A DNA stretch of 64,000 nucleotides. Source: an uncultured Bacteroidota bacterium (GTDB lineage: Bacteria > Bacteroidota > Bacteroidia > Chitinophagales > Chitinophagaceae). Shown in pieces: positions 52,808 to 63,700 of the stretch. Numbering within the stretch: the first letter of the stretch is position 1; every line of letters begins with the position of its first letter. The DNA lies in assembly GCA_903912435.1 (NCBI GenBank), contig CAIWHI010000271.1, positions 23,327 through 87,326 on the forward strand, in the 5' to 3' direction. Under the pieces are notes generated by a model, which saw only the letters and a list, made by a program, of their open reading frames with translations, had not been told where the DNA came from and did no database searches. Both the position numbers and the translations under genes were made by a program.

Positions 52808-55800
52808 TTAGTTACTCCCTAGTTTTGATTCTAGATCATTGACTTTTGCAGTTAGTTCTTTGATGGCTTCGATTAGCAGAGGCACAAGCTTTTCATATTG
52901 CACAGTCATATAGTTTTGACCAGAAATAGAATTTCCTTCACCATCCGTATCGAAAGGTGCTGGTTTGATGACCTGTGGCATAACCACCTTTACTTCCTGG
53001 GCAAGAACACCAACTTGCTGCGAACGATCAGTATATCCATAAGATTCTGCTAGATCATTGCTGTTGTATGTCACACCTGAAAGTGTATTGATTTTTGCTA
53101 AAGCATCAGGAATAGGTGCGATATTTTCTTTCAGTCTTGCATCAGAGAAGTAAGCGATGATATTATCTGAAGCAACAATCTGACCGATGGTTGATTGTGG
53201 TGCTGCCGATCCTACACCTAAAGAAAATGATACTCTGGCTTTACCATTAACATCCAAGTTATATGATGGATCAGTATTCGTCCCCATATTAACACCGACA
53301 TTACCACCAAGTGGATTTAGATTGATAGCGTATCTAGTTGTACTCCCATTATATCCGGACTGAATCCACTGAGTATAAGTTCCAGTTGATTGACCAAATG
53401 CAAGATAATTTCCACCATTTCCACCAACAGCAAATGATGAACCGGTTACAATAGCAGAAGAATTGGTATTTGCTGCCGATACCGAAGACCCGGAAATGAT
53501 TGAACCAGTAAATGTTGCGCCCGAAAGAGCAGCATAAGATGATAATGCAGAAGAAGTAATATAACCGGAAGGATTTGTAGAATTATATGGTGTATAACCA
53601 AGACCAGTAGTTACTTGTGATGATGTTAAAGAACCACCATATGTTCCTGTAATACTTGCTGCCGACCCGCTTACGTTAATACCCCAAGTTCCAGAAGCAC
53701 CTGATCCGGATGGTGTTGGTGGTGTATAACCAAGACCAGTAGTTACTTGTGATGATGTTAAAGAACCACCATAAGTTCCTGTAATACTTGATGCTGACCC
53801 GCTTACGCTAATACCCCAAGTTCCAGAAGCACCTGATCCTGTTAGTGTTGGTGCATAAGAATTATAGTTGGATGAATCAAGCAAATTTTTCCAAGTTGCA
53901 TAGCTTCCTGATGTTATCGTTGAACCATAATATGCATTACTGCCATCATAATTCATCCAGAAACCACCCCAACCACCGCTAGTGTCTCTATTAGAAATCT
54001 TATAGAAATAACCATAGCTATTTGTTGGTATTCCAGAAGCAGAACTGGATATCATAGCAGAATAACCTATTGGATAACCTGCCCACGTAGTTGTTGTTGC
54101 TGGTGTTTGTATCGCAGCACCACCAGTATAACCATTATATGTTGTGGTGTTGTAACCATTAATCGCAGCGCCATTTGTAGCATTGGCGAAACCAAGACCG
54201 GTCACATAGGATTGTGTTGCTGCTTGCGCTCCATTGATCAATACGTTTGATGGAAGAGACACATAAGCAGCAGAAATCGCAAGATTTGCCCAGGTAGTTC
54301 CATTCCAGTAACCTATAGTGGCTGTGTTAGCTGATGTTTCTGGTCTAATGGTGAAATAATGGGAAAAGTCACTCGCGCCAACGGTGAATGTATCAATATT
54401 ATTGGCTGATGCTTGAACTGCCAATCTAGATGATGGGGAGGTTGTTCCAATACCAAAGTTGCCGGTAGATGTGATGCGCATACGTTCCGATTGGTTAGTG
54501 TAGAACGTCAGACCGGCATACCCAGCCAACGAAACAAAACTGCTGCCAGGAGCGCCAATGCCGTAATTGGGTATGGCACTTAGACCCGAAGGAGTGAAGT
54601 AGCTGGAATCAACTGTGGTAGCAAAGCCAGTGGTTGAATATGTTTCTCCAACGACGTGAAGTGCGGAGGCCGGGGAGGTTGTTCCAATACCAAAATTACC
54701 ATTAGCAACGAGAGCAACCTGTGGAAGCCCAGAACCGTTACCCCAGTATTGATTATTTGCAACATATCCGATATATGCAACATTACTCCCAGCAATAATC
54801 TGAGCATAGGGAGAACCATTGTTTTCATATAGATTAAAATCTAAGTATGAATAACCAGTATGTGTGGTTAATTGTAATTGTGAAACAGCAAGAAGACCAG
54901 CGGATTCGTTATCAATTAAAACACCGGTCGTTCCATTCTGGTCTTTTCTGAAAACACCACTCCAATTTCCTGGAAACCCATATTCATTCCCAATCGAATT
55001 AACAAAAATGCCACTGGATGATCTTATGCCTCCGGATACATCTAGTTTAACTGCTGGTGTTGAAGTTCCAATGCCGAGATTACCATTAGCAACTGAATAA
55101 GTTGCAGTTCCAATGGTTAGAGTATTTGTTGAAAATACCGGTGATGCTAATGGTGCATAAATTGCAGCTGCATTTGCGACAGCATTAGCATATGCGGTTG
55201 CAGCATTACCTGTTATTGCTGTATTTAAAGTAGTAACATTTGCATTTAGCATCGCCGCAGAATTAGCAATAGCATTAGCATAAGCAGTGGCCGAGTTACC
55301 GGTAATCTGAGACTGAAGAGTGCTTACGTTTGCATTTAGCATCGCCGCAGAATTAGCAATAGCATTTGAGTAAGCAGTATTAATGGCCGAATTTACGTTT
55401 GTACCACCAATGATAACGGAAACCGCATTAACTGTATTAGCGTTTAAGTTCCAAAGGTTTGTTGCTCCACCAAGTAAAATATTGTTGGTCGAAGGAAGAA
55501 GTGCCACATTTGACTGCAATGAAGAAGTAGCATTATTCCAAAGGAATGAAGCAACATTATTACCGATATAGATACCACCACCATCTGCAGCCAAAGCTGT
55601 AGAAGTATTGGCAAGATAGAAAGCTTTATCGGTTGTAGTGATAACTGTTGAATTTACGAATGTGGTAGAACCGGAAAGAGTAAGGTTACCAGACACGGTA
55701 AGATTACCACCAATATTAGCTGAACCGGTGACATTAATAGCTGTAGTGTTGACCTGACCAGTGAAAACTGCTCCTGCAAGAGGTGCATAAAGAGCCGCTG

Positions 55801-56158
55801 AGTTTGCAACAGCATTTGCATATGCCGTAGTTGCATTACCGGTAATCATCGTAGCAATGCTTGTGCCATTGATCGACACCGCACCAGCTGTAATGGTTGT
55901 GTTTACGCTAGTATTTCCTACAAAAAGTGTAGTAGTATTCGCAACCACATTGGCACCGATATTGACTGTAGTCGAAGCCAATACGTTTGCTGTGTTTACT
56001 GTGGTAGAGTTCGCATAAAAAGCGCCAGATGCGATAGTGTAGGAGGTAGCATTAACTGAAGTAGCATTTAGAGCAGCTGCATTGACTACTGTCGAATTAG
56101 CAGTGAAGCTTCCGTTAACAGTTATACCATTCTTTACGATAAAATTATTATAAGGCAT
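52808..56158 (-). CDS. tail fibre with C-terminal intramolecular chaperone (peptidase S74)
   Basis: GNFGIGTTSP repeats, SDARLKENI..GVLAQEV..YEKLVPLLIEAIKEL. Confidence 0.9.
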   Translation of the reverse strand: MPYNNFIVKNGITVNGSFTANSTVVNAAALNATSVNATSYTIASGAFYANSTTVNTANVLASTTVNIGANVVANTTTLFVGNTSVNTTITAGAVSINGTSIATMITGNATTAYANAVANSAALYAPLAGAVFTGQVNTTAINVTGSANIGGNLTVSGNLTLSGSTTFVNSTVITTTDKAFYLANTSTALAADGGGIYIGNNVASFLWNNATSSLQSNVALLPSTNNILLGGATNLWNLNANTVNAVSVIIGGTNVNSAINTAYSNAIANSAAMLNANVSTLQSQITGNSATAYANAIANSAAMLNANVTTLNTAITGNAATAYANAVANAAAIYAPLASPVFSTNTLTIGTATYSVANGNLGIGTSTPAVKLDVSGGIRSSSGIFVNSIGNEYGFPGNWSGVFRKDQNGTTGVLIDNESAGLLAVSQLQLTTHTGYSYLDFNLYENNGSPYAQIIAGSNVAYIGYVANNQYWGNGSGLPQVALVANGNFGIGTTSPASALHVVGETYSTTGFATTVDSSYFTPSGLSAIPNYGIGAPGSSFVSLAGYAGLTFYTNQSERMRITSTGNFGIGTTSPSSRLAVQASANNIDTFTVGASDFSHYFTIRPETSANTATIGYWNGTTWANLAISAAYVSLPSNVLINGAQAATQSYVTGLGFANATNGAAINGYNTTTYNGYTGGAAIQTPATTTTWAGYPIGYSAMISSSASGIPTNSYGYFYKISNRDTSGGWGGFWMNYDGSNAYYGSTITSGSYATWKNLLDSSNYNSYAPTLTGSGASGTWGISVSGSASSITGTYGGSLTSSQVTTGLGYTPPTPSGSGASGTWGINVSGSAASITGTYGGSLTSSQVTTGLGYTPYNSTNPSGYITSSALSSYAALSGATFTGSIISGSSVSAANTNSSAIVTGSSFAVGGNGGNYLAFGQSTGTYTQWIQSGYNGSTTRYAINLNPLGGNVGVNMGTNTDPSYNLDVNGKARVSFSLGVGSAAPQSTIGQIVASDNIIAYFSDARLKENIAPIPDALAKINTLSGVTYNSNDLAESYGYTDRSQQVGVLAQEVKVVMPQVIKPAPFDTDGEGNSISGQNYMTVQYEKLVPLLIEAIKELTAKVNDLESKLGSN
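53589..53838. repeat. 132-bp (44-aa) tandem duplication
   Basis: GSGASGTWGI.VSGSA.SITGTYGGSLTSSQVTTGLGYTP present twice. Confidence 0.85.
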
Positions 56159-56187
56159 CCTCGGTTCCCTTTCCCCGGAGTTTTAAC

Positions 56188-56227
56188 TATTTATATAGTT
56201 GACACACCTGAAAACCGATGGTATAAT
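56188..56227. promoter_or_regulatory. late promoter (-) back-to-back with antisense sigma70 promoter (+)
   Basis: TATAAATA at 56188-56195 (-); TTGACA-17-TATAAT at 56199-56227 (+). Confidence 0.7.
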
Positions 56228-56245
56228 CCTACTAAGGCTACAATG

Positions 56246-57961
56246 TTAAGACAGCATAACTTCTTCTAGTTCTTCATACTTGATTCTAGCTGGTTTATGA
56301 ACTTGAATGAGCAAACGAGTTGTTAAAGCAACATTGTTGTAGGTATTCAAAGCAAAATCAAGTTCTTCTTGAGTTATGGTTTTCTCATCAATTCGTTTCT
56401 GCCAAGGTCCAGTAAACTCAAACTGAGTATCAAGCACACTGATATCAATGTCATGTTCAAAGGCAAGATAGCTTACACCTTGTTTAGACTTTGCTCTATT
56501 TAAAAGACTGACCCTATCGAATAGATGAAATAAACCAACTGTGATTGGGCGTCTATGAGTTGGATCATCAAAGGCAGTATCACAACGCCAATGAGGAACA
56601 ACGATTTCCCATATTGCTCCATGACAAGAAATACGATACATTTCTTTCAAGACGTTTATTAAGTCTTCACCAGTATTACCAAGGTGTTCTAGAACGTCCT
56701 TTGCTACGATATGACAAAACTCATCATCCTGCCAGGGTAACGGTTTATTGAGATCAACCACTTCATCTGGTTTCGCTGATTCTAGAATATCCACATTGAG
56801 GAATCCAGGAAGTTTTTGGAACCCACATCCCATATGAAGTTTTCTTGGTTCACGATCACAATTTGGCATTTCGTTATATTTCAGATTAAACTTTATTTCC
56901 AAAGAACCATAAAGTTCTTCAAATGTCTTATCCCACTTGTTCGGTTCTTTTTGGCGGAATAACTTAACACTCTCGTAATAAGGAGATGTGATAGAACTGG
57001 GAGCGCCAAGAGTCCAGGTATGATATGGAAGGATTGGAACGATAACCCAAGTTTCTTTACCCATAGCAGCGGACAAATGGGCGATTGAAGTGCAACTTGT
57101 AATGACTAAATCCATATTAGCGATAGCAGCGGCAGTATCTTCCCAGGATAATAGAAGATATTGCAGGTCTGTTATGTTCTTTGGAAGTGGAACGGTGTTA
57201 TCATCTCTCTGAAGAGAATATACTTCAAGTTCTTGATACTTCGCTATATTGCTAATGAACTCTACTGGGAATTTACGAAACTGCTGGTGTTCGAACTTAG
57301 GATTGCCTGCCCAACGAATGCCAACCTTGATCTTATCGCTTTTAATAATCGAAGACCATATATTGACTGATTCTTCTAGTGGAAAGATATAAGGTTTGTT
57401 TGGAAAATTATCGAATGTCTTGTGACCAGATATCCAGCCGGCAGAGAAACCAGGAACCCAGAAATCGTGCTGGACCTTGTGTGCTTCGTTTCTCAGAATG
57501 ACCTGATCTACACCAGGAACTCTTGATAAAAGCGAAACAAGTTCAGGAGCGCAGGCAACCGTTACTTTCTCGAATCCAATATTCTTAAGTGACTGGGCAA
57601 AACGAACATGGATCATTTCATCACCATAACCACCTTCTAGTGATAGGATGATTGACTTACCATTTGGATCATGTTCTTCTGGATTGAAGATTGGGGCATC
57701 TGTTTTTAAAGGTGATCCACCATAGACATTAAGATGCCTGCCAGATTCTAATGCCTGACACCCTTCTAAGTATTTGCCTTGCTGAATTAGATACCAACCA
57801 CGATTGAATTGATGACGTAACCAAATTTCTTCATGTGATTGCTTATCGTCTGTGCGTTCTAGATTGCCATAACCTAGTTTTTCAAGTTTTTCGGATAGTT
57901 CCCAACCCTTATCAAACTCACCAACAAGCATATGTTTTAATTGGCGATCAATGTCATGCAT
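56246..57961 (-). CDS. GT9-like glycosyltransferase fused to SAM methyltransferase
   Basis: EGGYGDEMIHVRF, VGIRWAGNP, DTAAAIANMDLVIT; LHMGCG..DVLEHLG..DDPTH. Confidence 0.85.
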   Translation of the reverse strand: MHDIDRQLKHMLVGEFDKGWELSEKLEKLGYGNLERTDDKQSHEEIWLRHQFNRGWYLIQQGKYLEGCQALESGRHLNVYGGSPLKTDAPIFNPEEHDPNGKSIILSLEGGYGDEMIHVRFAQSLKNIGFEKVTVACAPELVSLLSRVPGVDQVILRNEAHKVQHDFWVPGFSAGWISGHKTFDNFPNKPYIFPLEESVNIWSSIIKSDKIKVGIRWAGNPKFEHQQFRKFPVEFISNIAKYQELEVYSLQRDDNTVPLPKNITDLQYLLLSWEDTAAAIANMDLVITSCTSIAHLSAAMGKETWVIVPILPYHTWTLGAPSSITSPYYESVKLFRQKEPNKWDKTFEELYGSLEIKFNLKYNEMPNCDREPRKLHMGCGFQKLPGFLNVDILESAKPDEVVDLNKPLPWQDDEFCHIVAKDVLEHLGNTGEDLINVLKEMYRISCHGAIWEIVVPHWRCDTAFDDPTHRRPITVGLFHLFDRVSLLNRAKSKQGVSYLAFEHDIDISVLDTQFEFTGPWQKRIDEKTITQEELDFALNTYNNVALTTRLLIQVHKPARIKYEELEEVMLS

Positions 57962-57997
57962 ATTTTAGACCCCATAATGTAATATAACTAAGACTAT

Positions 57998-60259
57998 TTA
58001 TGTTGTGATAGCAGCGAATGCTCTACCGCCCAGAGAACCAGTTATAGCAGACCAATTAGTTGTGGTTGCGATTTGAACCGGTGATGATCTAGCAGCAGTT
58101 GCAGATGCGTCTCCAAGAGGTATTTTACTGGTATCATCATAACCCCAAGTGAACAATCTATTACTTGCATCTATTGCTGCTGCGGAAGGAAATCCACCAG
58201 CGCCTGCTTCTGATGCATAAACCGCAATCCAAGAAGAAGTTCCAATGTGAACTGGTGATGATTTAGAAACTGTAGTTCCATCTCCTAGTTGTCCATAAGG
58301 ATTATTTCCCCAAGTATAAAGAGCGCCAGTTGATAAAATCCCAGCGGACCACGCCCCAAACATAGAAATAGCGGTCCAAGAAGAAGTTCCGACTTGCACA
58401 GGAGAAGATGTAGCAGTTGTGCTTCCACTACCAAGCTCCCCAATACCATTTTCTCCCCAAGTGAATAATCTATTTTTGATATCGATAGCGCCAGTTGATG
58501 CAGTATAGAAACCACTATGTGATCCCGCAGAAACAATCAACCATGAAGATGTTCCAATCTGAACAGGAGAATATCTGGTTATGTAAGTTCCATCCCCAAG
58601 ATTTCCATTCGGTGAGTAACTAAGATTTCCATTATATCCCCAACCAAAAAGAGCGCCAGTCTTTAATATTCCCATATTATAATAATAACCGGAAGAAATT
58701 GAAGACCAACTCGATGTTCCAATTTGAACTGGTGAGTTACTATATGCTGTGCCTAGATAATTTAATCCAAGTTCACCATAGGTATTATCGCCCCAAGAAT
58801 ATAGTTTGTTTGCCGAAGTAGTTGCAACTTTAAATTGATAACCTGCTGCTATCGCATTCCAACTTATAGAAATTGAAGCGCCGATCTGAACTGGTGATGA
58901 ATAATTAAGCAAGCTACCATCGCCTATAGCACCACCAGCACCTTGACCCCAAGTATAAAGAGCGCCGGTTGTTACTTGTCTTGCCATTGAGGTTTGATAA
59001 CCTGCTGATATTGCGTTCCAACTTGAGGTTCCGATATGAACAGGTGATGATTTAGATGTTGTTGTCCCATCACCTAATTGACCAGAAGCATTATTTCCCC
59101 AGGCATAAAGAGCACCAGTTGAAGTTATACCTAATGCGTGTTGATCACCTGCTGCAATAGAAGACCAGCTAGATGTTCCAATATGAACAGGTGAAGATTT
59201 TGAAACAATCGTGTTATCACCTAGTTGACCAAAACCATTTGTCCCCCATGTATAAAGTGCTGTATTAATAGTGCCACCATTATAAATTGTGGCGACAGAA
59301 AAAGATTTACCAGCAGAAATTTTTTGCCAATTTGATGTTCCAACTTGGATCGGTGATGACTTAGAAACAGTCGTTCCATCGCCTAACTGCCCAGCACTAT
59401 TATCACCCCAAGTAAATAGAGTGCCATAGCCGCCAAGTGTGCCTACGGTTCCCATGGTATGATTAAATCCAGCCGATACATTAGTCCAACTAGACGTTCC
59501 AACATGGATCGGTGATGACTTAGAAACAGTCGTTCCATCGCCTAACTGCCCAGCACTATTATCACCCCATGCATATAAAGTTCCACTAGCACCGTTGTTA
59601 ATAAAACCCAAAGCCATAGAATGCGAATAACCAGCAGAAACCAATATCCAAGAAGATGCCCCAATATGAACAGGAGAAGACTTAGAAACAGTAGTTCCAT
59701 CACCTAATTGACCAACCGTATTATCACCCCAAGCGAATAAAGCTCCATCAGAACGAATTGCTACTACGTGAGAAGCACCTGCTGCAATTGAAACCCAACT
59801 CAAAGCACCAACTGGTTGTGGTAAATAATTTGTGAGAGCATTTCCTTGTTGCCCATAGCTATTATCACCCCAAGCAAATAACAAACCATCAGAACGAATA
59901 CCGGCGCTTGCAAGATATCCAGCAGAAACGACTGTCCAAGAAGATGTTCCGATTTGAATAGGCGATGATTGTGATGTTAATGTTCCATTTCCAAGTTCAC
60001 CATAGCTATTATCGCCCCAAGCAAATAGCAAACCATCAGAACGAATTGCTAGGGTATGTTCAAACCCCATCGCCACTTGTTTCCAGGATAGCGAACCAAT
60101 ATGAGTTGGCAATGATCTGTTAGTTACAGTTCCATCACCAATTACACCGCCAGTCCCTAAACCTTGGACATTTTGCCCACCCCAAGCATAAAGTTGTTTA
60201 GATGCTGCTGGTGTTCCTGGTGTGCCTTTTTTTAATAATAAAGAACTTGCTACTAACAT
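57998..60259 (-). CDS. RCC1/BLIP-II repeat beta-propeller protein
   Basis: About 14 repeats of LxxWGxNxxGQLGDGT..SSPVxIGTSSW. Confidence 0.92.
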   Translation of the reverse strand: MLVASSLLLKKGTPGTPAASKQLYAWGGQNVQGLGTGGVIGDGTVTNRSLPTHIGSLSWKQVAMGFEHTLAIRSDGLLFAWGDNSYGELGNGTLTSQSSPIQIGTSSWTVVSAGYLASAGIRSDGLLFAWGDNSYGQQGNALTNYLPQPVGALSWVSIAAGASHVVAIRSDGALFAWGDNTVGQLGDGTTVSKSSPVHIGASSWILVSAGYSHSMALGFINNGASGTLYAWGDNSAGQLGDGTTVSKSSPIHVGTSSWTNVSAGFNHTMGTVGTLGGYGTLFTWGDNSAGQLGDGTTVSKSSPIQVGTSNWQKISAGKSFSVATIYNGGTINTALYTWGTNGFGQLGDNTIVSKSSPVHIGTSSWSSIAAGDQHALGITSTGALYAWGNNASGQLGDGTTTSKSSPVHIGTSSWNAISAGYQTSMARQVTTGALYTWGQGAGGAIGDGSLLNYSSPVQIGASISISWNAIAAGYQFKVATTSANKLYSWGDNTYGELGLNYLGTAYSNSPVQIGTSSWSSISSGYYYNMGILKTGALFGWGYNGNLSYSPNGNLGDGTYITRYSPVQIGTSSWLIVSAGSHSGFYTASTGAIDIKNRLFTWGENGIGELGSGSTTATSSPVQVGTSSWTAISMFGAWSAGILSTGALYTWGNNPYGQLGDGTTVSKSSPVHIGTSSWIAVYASEAGAGGFPSAAAIDASNRLFTWGYDDTSKIPLGDASATAARSSPVQIATTTNWSAITGSLGGRAFAAITT

Positions 60260-60262
60260 ATT

Positions 60263-60760
60263 TTAATTCTGAATCGTTGGTTGTGTCGGATAAGTTACGA
60301 TAGTTCTTATAGTCACATCAACATTATTGAAGGTGTCTGGTAAGTCTCTGAGTGCTTGTCTATATTCCGCCCACTGAGATATAAAGTTCGCTGACTTAAT
60401 CTTTTGAACATCAGAAAGTTGTGTCCAGTCAGATTGAGAAAGTAACACGTCTCTGGTTGCTCTCACATTAGCTAAGAAAGCATCCTTAAAACTCGTTACC
60501 GGAGCAGGATTTTCTATTTGAGAAATGACAGGTGTTTCAATGACTACATTGTTCTCAAAGCTGTAAGTATTATCGCTAATGAACTGAGTGGCAGCATCAA
60601 AAGAAACATTTGCCTGCTGGATTGTATACCAGCCTAGCGAATTCAATAGAGCTTCATTGCCTTCCGCTTTATAGAGTCCACTCACATTTCCCCAATTTTC
60701 AGGAAGAGTATAGTGTCTTTCGATTATCTGGTTATCAACTACAAGAGCAAATTTTGACAT
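60263..60760 (-). CDS. tail fibre assembly chaperone-like protein
   Basis: RDVLLSQSDWTQL..WAEYRQALRDLP. Confidence 0.85.
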   Translation of the reverse strand: MSKFALVVDNQIIERHYTLPENWGNVSGLYKAEGNEALLNSLGWYTIQQANVSFDAATQFISDNTYSFENNVVIETPVISQIENPAPVTSFKDAFLANVRATRDVLLSQSDWTQLSDVQKIKSANFISQWAEYRQALRDLPDTFNNVDVTIRTIVTYPTQPTIQN

Positions 60761-60770
60761 GATAAATTCC

Positions 60771-63700
60771 TTATCTTACATCGATCATAGACTGAACACC
60801 ATACCAAGTCGTTCCACCATTTTCAGTTACGAAAGTGAATATATCGGTGTTTGAACTTACCGTTGGTGCTGAACCAGAAGGCCACTTGGGAGAACTAGAC
60901 CAAGTAAAGGTATTTACACCACCATTAGCAAGACGAATAACCATAGCATAAACCGTGTTAGCAGGAACACTAGTAAAGGTTATTGTTGTAGCAGAACCAT
61001 TCGCTGTAGCAATGAAGTAGTTTCCAGAAGCACAGTTCACACTGATAGCATTTGTTGAAGCGATGGTTTGGGCGATGACACCATAGTTACCACCGATTTG
61101 AAGCATTGTGGCAGGAACAGTATTACCGATGCCAACATTGCCAGTGTTGGAAATAGTCATTGTAGCAGTTGTTGCTACGTTGCCATTGTAGAATGTTATA
61201 CCATCCGCTGGTCCGACAGATATTCTTCCCATACCTGTAACATAGTCCATAACGATACCATGAGAGAAAGTATTGTTATAAGAGCCAAGAGAAATAAATC
61301 CATTAGATGCCTGGATGTTATTGCCAAGAATAAACGAAGAGAACGTGACGTTGGATGAGAACGTCTGAGTATTAGACCAAGAATATTGGGCAGCAGTGTT
61401 AACACCAGCAGAAGCAGCAGCCCAATAAACATTACCTGTAGCGCCAGAAGATGTTAGAACATACCCCGCTGTGCCATTCGAACCGTTTGCTGTGATTGTG
61501 TTTGAGAAAGTAATACCATTGCTGAAAGTATACATTCCTGTAATGGTAAACGCAGCAGAAGTATTAACCACATTTGCCGGTAACTGCGCAAAAGGCAATG
61601 TTCCAGTTGTGATATTTGTTGCATTGGTATAATAAGAACCCGGTTGTGAGTTTAGGTTCGTCGCGTTCGATGCTGTTCCTGTAACATTACCGGTGAACAA
61701 TGATGCAGTGACATTAGCGGCATTTAGTGATCCACCAATAACCACATTACCTGAAACGTTTGCTGTTCCTGTAACTTTTAAAGTAGCATCCGGCGCAGTA
61801 TTACCGATACCAACGTTACCACCTGGTGTGATTCTCATTTTTTCATTAGCAGCAAGAAGGCCACCACTAAAGAAGTTTATATATCCATTACCCGCAGAAC
61901 CGATTGATAAATTAGTATTTGAAGAATAAACATATGCATCGGAAGGACCATTAATAGTCCAAGCAACTGTGCTAAAAGTATTACTATTGATACCAACATC
62001 GATATAGTTATTGCTTACTAAACCAAGAGAATCATAAGCAATAAAGTCAGCTGATCCATTACCAGCTATGGAGAAGTTAGCAATACTAAGTTCCGTCGAA
62101 GTATTTGCATTTCCCTGAGCTTGAAGGAGACTTGCATCACCTGCAACTGTAGAATAACCAATAGCTATATTTGCTGTTGAGTTACCAACAAAATATGATG
62201 TAGTATTAACATAAACATTAGCACCAATATAGATCGCGCTGCTAAAGAAGTTATTAACACCAGTAAAGTTTAAATTGCCTGAAAGTACTCTTGAATCGGT
62301 ATTCTGAACATAAGAAGCTGCAGCAATAGTTCCAAGATAATTGGAATTGTTTGCAGTTAGAGTAAGAACATTTGCTGACAGACCAGCGGTAGTTTGATAG
62401 ATACCAGCTGCATTTGAAGCAGCATTAGCAATTGCATTGGCATAAGCAGTTGCAGCATTACCTGTTATCCATGAAGCTACGTTAGCCAAAGTACCAGAAG
62501 AGTTGCCAAGGAATCCGGCAGCATTTGAAGTCAAGACTAAAACATTTGAAGAAAGACCAGCGGTAGTTTGATAGATTCCTGCAGCATTTGCGACAGCATT
62601 AGCATAAGCAGTAGCTGCATTACCGGTAATTTGTGTTTGAATAGTAGCAAGTGACAACCCACCAAAATTGGTTGAGTTGTTAGAAGTACCAGAAAATGAA
62701 GTAGAATTGATGGTTACATTTACAGTTGCATTACCAACATAAATTGGATTTTTGGTGAAGGTTCCACTACTACCTATTTCCAAGTAGGTATTGACGGCTG
62801 GAGCTCCAAAAGTAAAACCTTCTAGATTTGAACCACCGCTTAAAAAGTCTAGTGTGTTGTTTGTGTAAACATATTTCGTTGGTGAAGATGTATTACGTCC
62901 GATTCTCCAATTTGTGTCAGCAGCACCGTTAAATTGAATCGAACCTGCGCCATTAACAACACTGATATTATTGCCCGTAAATGAGATATTTGCGGAGAAT
63001 GTCTGTGTGTTAGACCAAGTATATTGTGCTGCTGTATTAACTGAAGCAGCACCTGGAGAAGACCAGAATGCGCCGGTTCCATTTGAAGTCAATACCTGAT
63101 TTAGTGTTCCAATAGAACCATTTGCTATCAAAGCACCGATTGTTATATTGGCATTGAATACCGCAGGAGTTGAAACAGAAAATGAACTGGTTATGCTATT
63201 AGCAAAAATAGACCAGACAGCTCGAGTGCCATTTGTTGTATTTGTAGTATAAAATACGAAGTTGTCATCATTTTGCTGAGCAAAATAAACATTACTGCCG
63301 CCGGCAAGTGGAGTAAATGTAATCTTTTGTCCATTTAAAGTAGAAGCAAAACCAGCATTAGTAAAGAAGCCAGATGAGTTCGCAACAACACCAGTACCAA
63401 CACTTAAGGTAGTCACATTTACAGTATTGGCTAAGACACTAGAAGTAAATGTGATGGTGTTTGAGAAAGTATATTGGGCAGCAGTGTTAACACCACCACT
63501 TGTAACAGTAGACCAATAAACATTTCCGGTAGCACCAGATGATGTAAGTACTTGTCCTGAAGTTCCATTTGAACCATTTGCAGTAATCGTATTAGAGAAT
63601 GTTATACCATTACTGTGGGTATGCATTCCGGTAATTGTATAAGCACCGGAAGTATTAACATAAGAAGTCGATACTACTCCACCAAGATATGTTGAATTGT

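Noticed and set aside
57998-60259. CRISPR array or DGR template/variable repeats
   Set aside because: Repeats are in-frame RCC1 units; no reverse transcriptase or cas gene and no evident adenine-specific variation
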